This document shows, piece after piece, positions 63,325 through 64,000 of a DNA stretch of 64,000 nucleotides. A program made the position numbers and the translations under genes. The stretch spans positions 310,001-374,000 of the forward strand of contig NZ_JABEZU010000001.1 of assembly GCF_013149785.1 (NCBI RefSeq). Reading direction: 5' to 3'. The notes under the pieces were generated by a model. The model was not told the DNA's origin. It searched no databases and worked only from the letters and a program-made list of their open reading frames with translations. The first letter of the stretch is position 1, and each line of letters opens with the position of its first letter. Source of the stretch: Isoptericola halotolerans. GTDB lineage: Bacteria; Actinomycetota; Actinomycetes; Actinomycetales; Cellulomonadaceae.

Positions 63325-64000
63325 ATGGACACCAAGTTCACCACGATGTCGCAGCAGGCCATCGGCGACGCCGTGCAGTCGGCGTCGGCCGCGGGCAACC
63401 CCCAGCTCGAGCCGGCCCACCTGCTCGCCGCGCTCCTGCAGCAGACCGGTGGTGTCGCCGTCGGGCTGCTGGAGGCCGTCGGCGCGAACCCGCAGCAGAT
63501 CGGGCAGAAGGCGCGCGCCGCGCTCGTGGCGCTGCCCACCGTCAGCGGTGACGGCGTCGCCCAGCCCGCACCCTCCCGGCCGATGCAGTCCGTGCTCACC
63601 ACCTCCGCCCGGGAGGCCGAGGCGCTCGGTGACGAGTACGTCTCCACCGAGCACCTGCTCATCGCGCTCGCCGCCGGGCAGTCCGCCGCCGCCCAGGCGC
63701 TGACGGGCGCCGGCGCGACCGCCGAGGCGCTGCGCGCCGCGCTGCCGTCCGTGCGCGGGTCGGGGAGGGTCACCAGCCCGAACCCGGAAGGGACCTACCA
63801 GGCGCTCGAGCAGTACGGCACCGACCTCACCGCTCGCGCCCGGGACGGGCGCCTCGACCCGGTCATCGGCCGCGACGCCGAGATCCGACGCGTCGTGCAG
63901 GTGCTGAGCCGCCGGACCAAGAACAACCCCGTGCTCATCGGGGAGCCCGGTGTCGGCAAGACCGCCGTCGTCGAAGGGCTCGCCCAGCGCATCGTCGCCG
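63325..64000 (+). CDS. clpB: ATP-dependent chaperone ClpB, 5' part; runs off the window edge
   Basis: Not in ORF track. [16 protein letters not shown]..., [48 protein letters not shown]. Confidence 0.97.
   Translation, partial: MDTKFTTMSQQAIGDAVQSASAAGNPQLEPAHLLAALLQQTGGVAVGLLEAVGANPQQIGQKARAALVALPTVSGDGVAQPAPSRPMQSVLTTSAREAEALGDEYVSTEHLLIALAAGQSAAAQALTGAGATAEALRAALPSVRGSGRVTSPNPEGTYQALEQYGTDLTARARDGRLDPVIGRDAEIRRVVQVLSRRTKNNPVLIGEPGVGKTAVVEGLAQRIVA

Noticed and set aside
52754..64000. Mrp operon, ogt/ada-alkA and HAIR-clpB as novel systems
   Set aside because: Well-characterised, typical actinobacterial arrangements

Overview
Very high-GC actinobacterial chromosomal segment; gene content suggests a Micrococcales/Cellulomonas-like organism (inference). 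The backbone is mostly metabolic and housekeeping: an S9 peptidase, a polyol (mannitol/sorbitol) dehydrogenase with SorC-type regulator and ABC importer, a TetR-MMPL-YhgE/Pip cluster, general PTS components (EIIA, EI, HPr) with a GntR, efflux systems, two two-component systems, dcd, a complete Mrp Na+/H+ antiporter operon, ogt and ada-alkA, and the 5' part of clpB behind a HAIR operator. The less ordinary parts are: (i) a ~1.25 kb integrase-less islet at tRNA-Gly(CCC), bounded by a 42-bp att-like repeat, carrying two coupled unknown genes behind a PafBC/RecA-NDp-like promoter; (ii) a ~730-bp intergenic region with a DnaA-box cluster followed by a run of hairpins that looks like an unannotated structured RNA; (iii) a cytoplasmic trypsin-like protease whose N-terminal domain recurs as a stand-alone 73-aa gene about 10 kb away; (iv) a rearranged 26.9-33 kb zone with a microhomology-deleted duplication, a K+-channel remnant and a broken toxin-antitoxin-like pair; (v) three unrelated long palindromes and an orphan SoxR-type promoter. 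All calls come from reading motifs by eye; no database search was run. Many starts were moved from the ORF track to more plausible codons.
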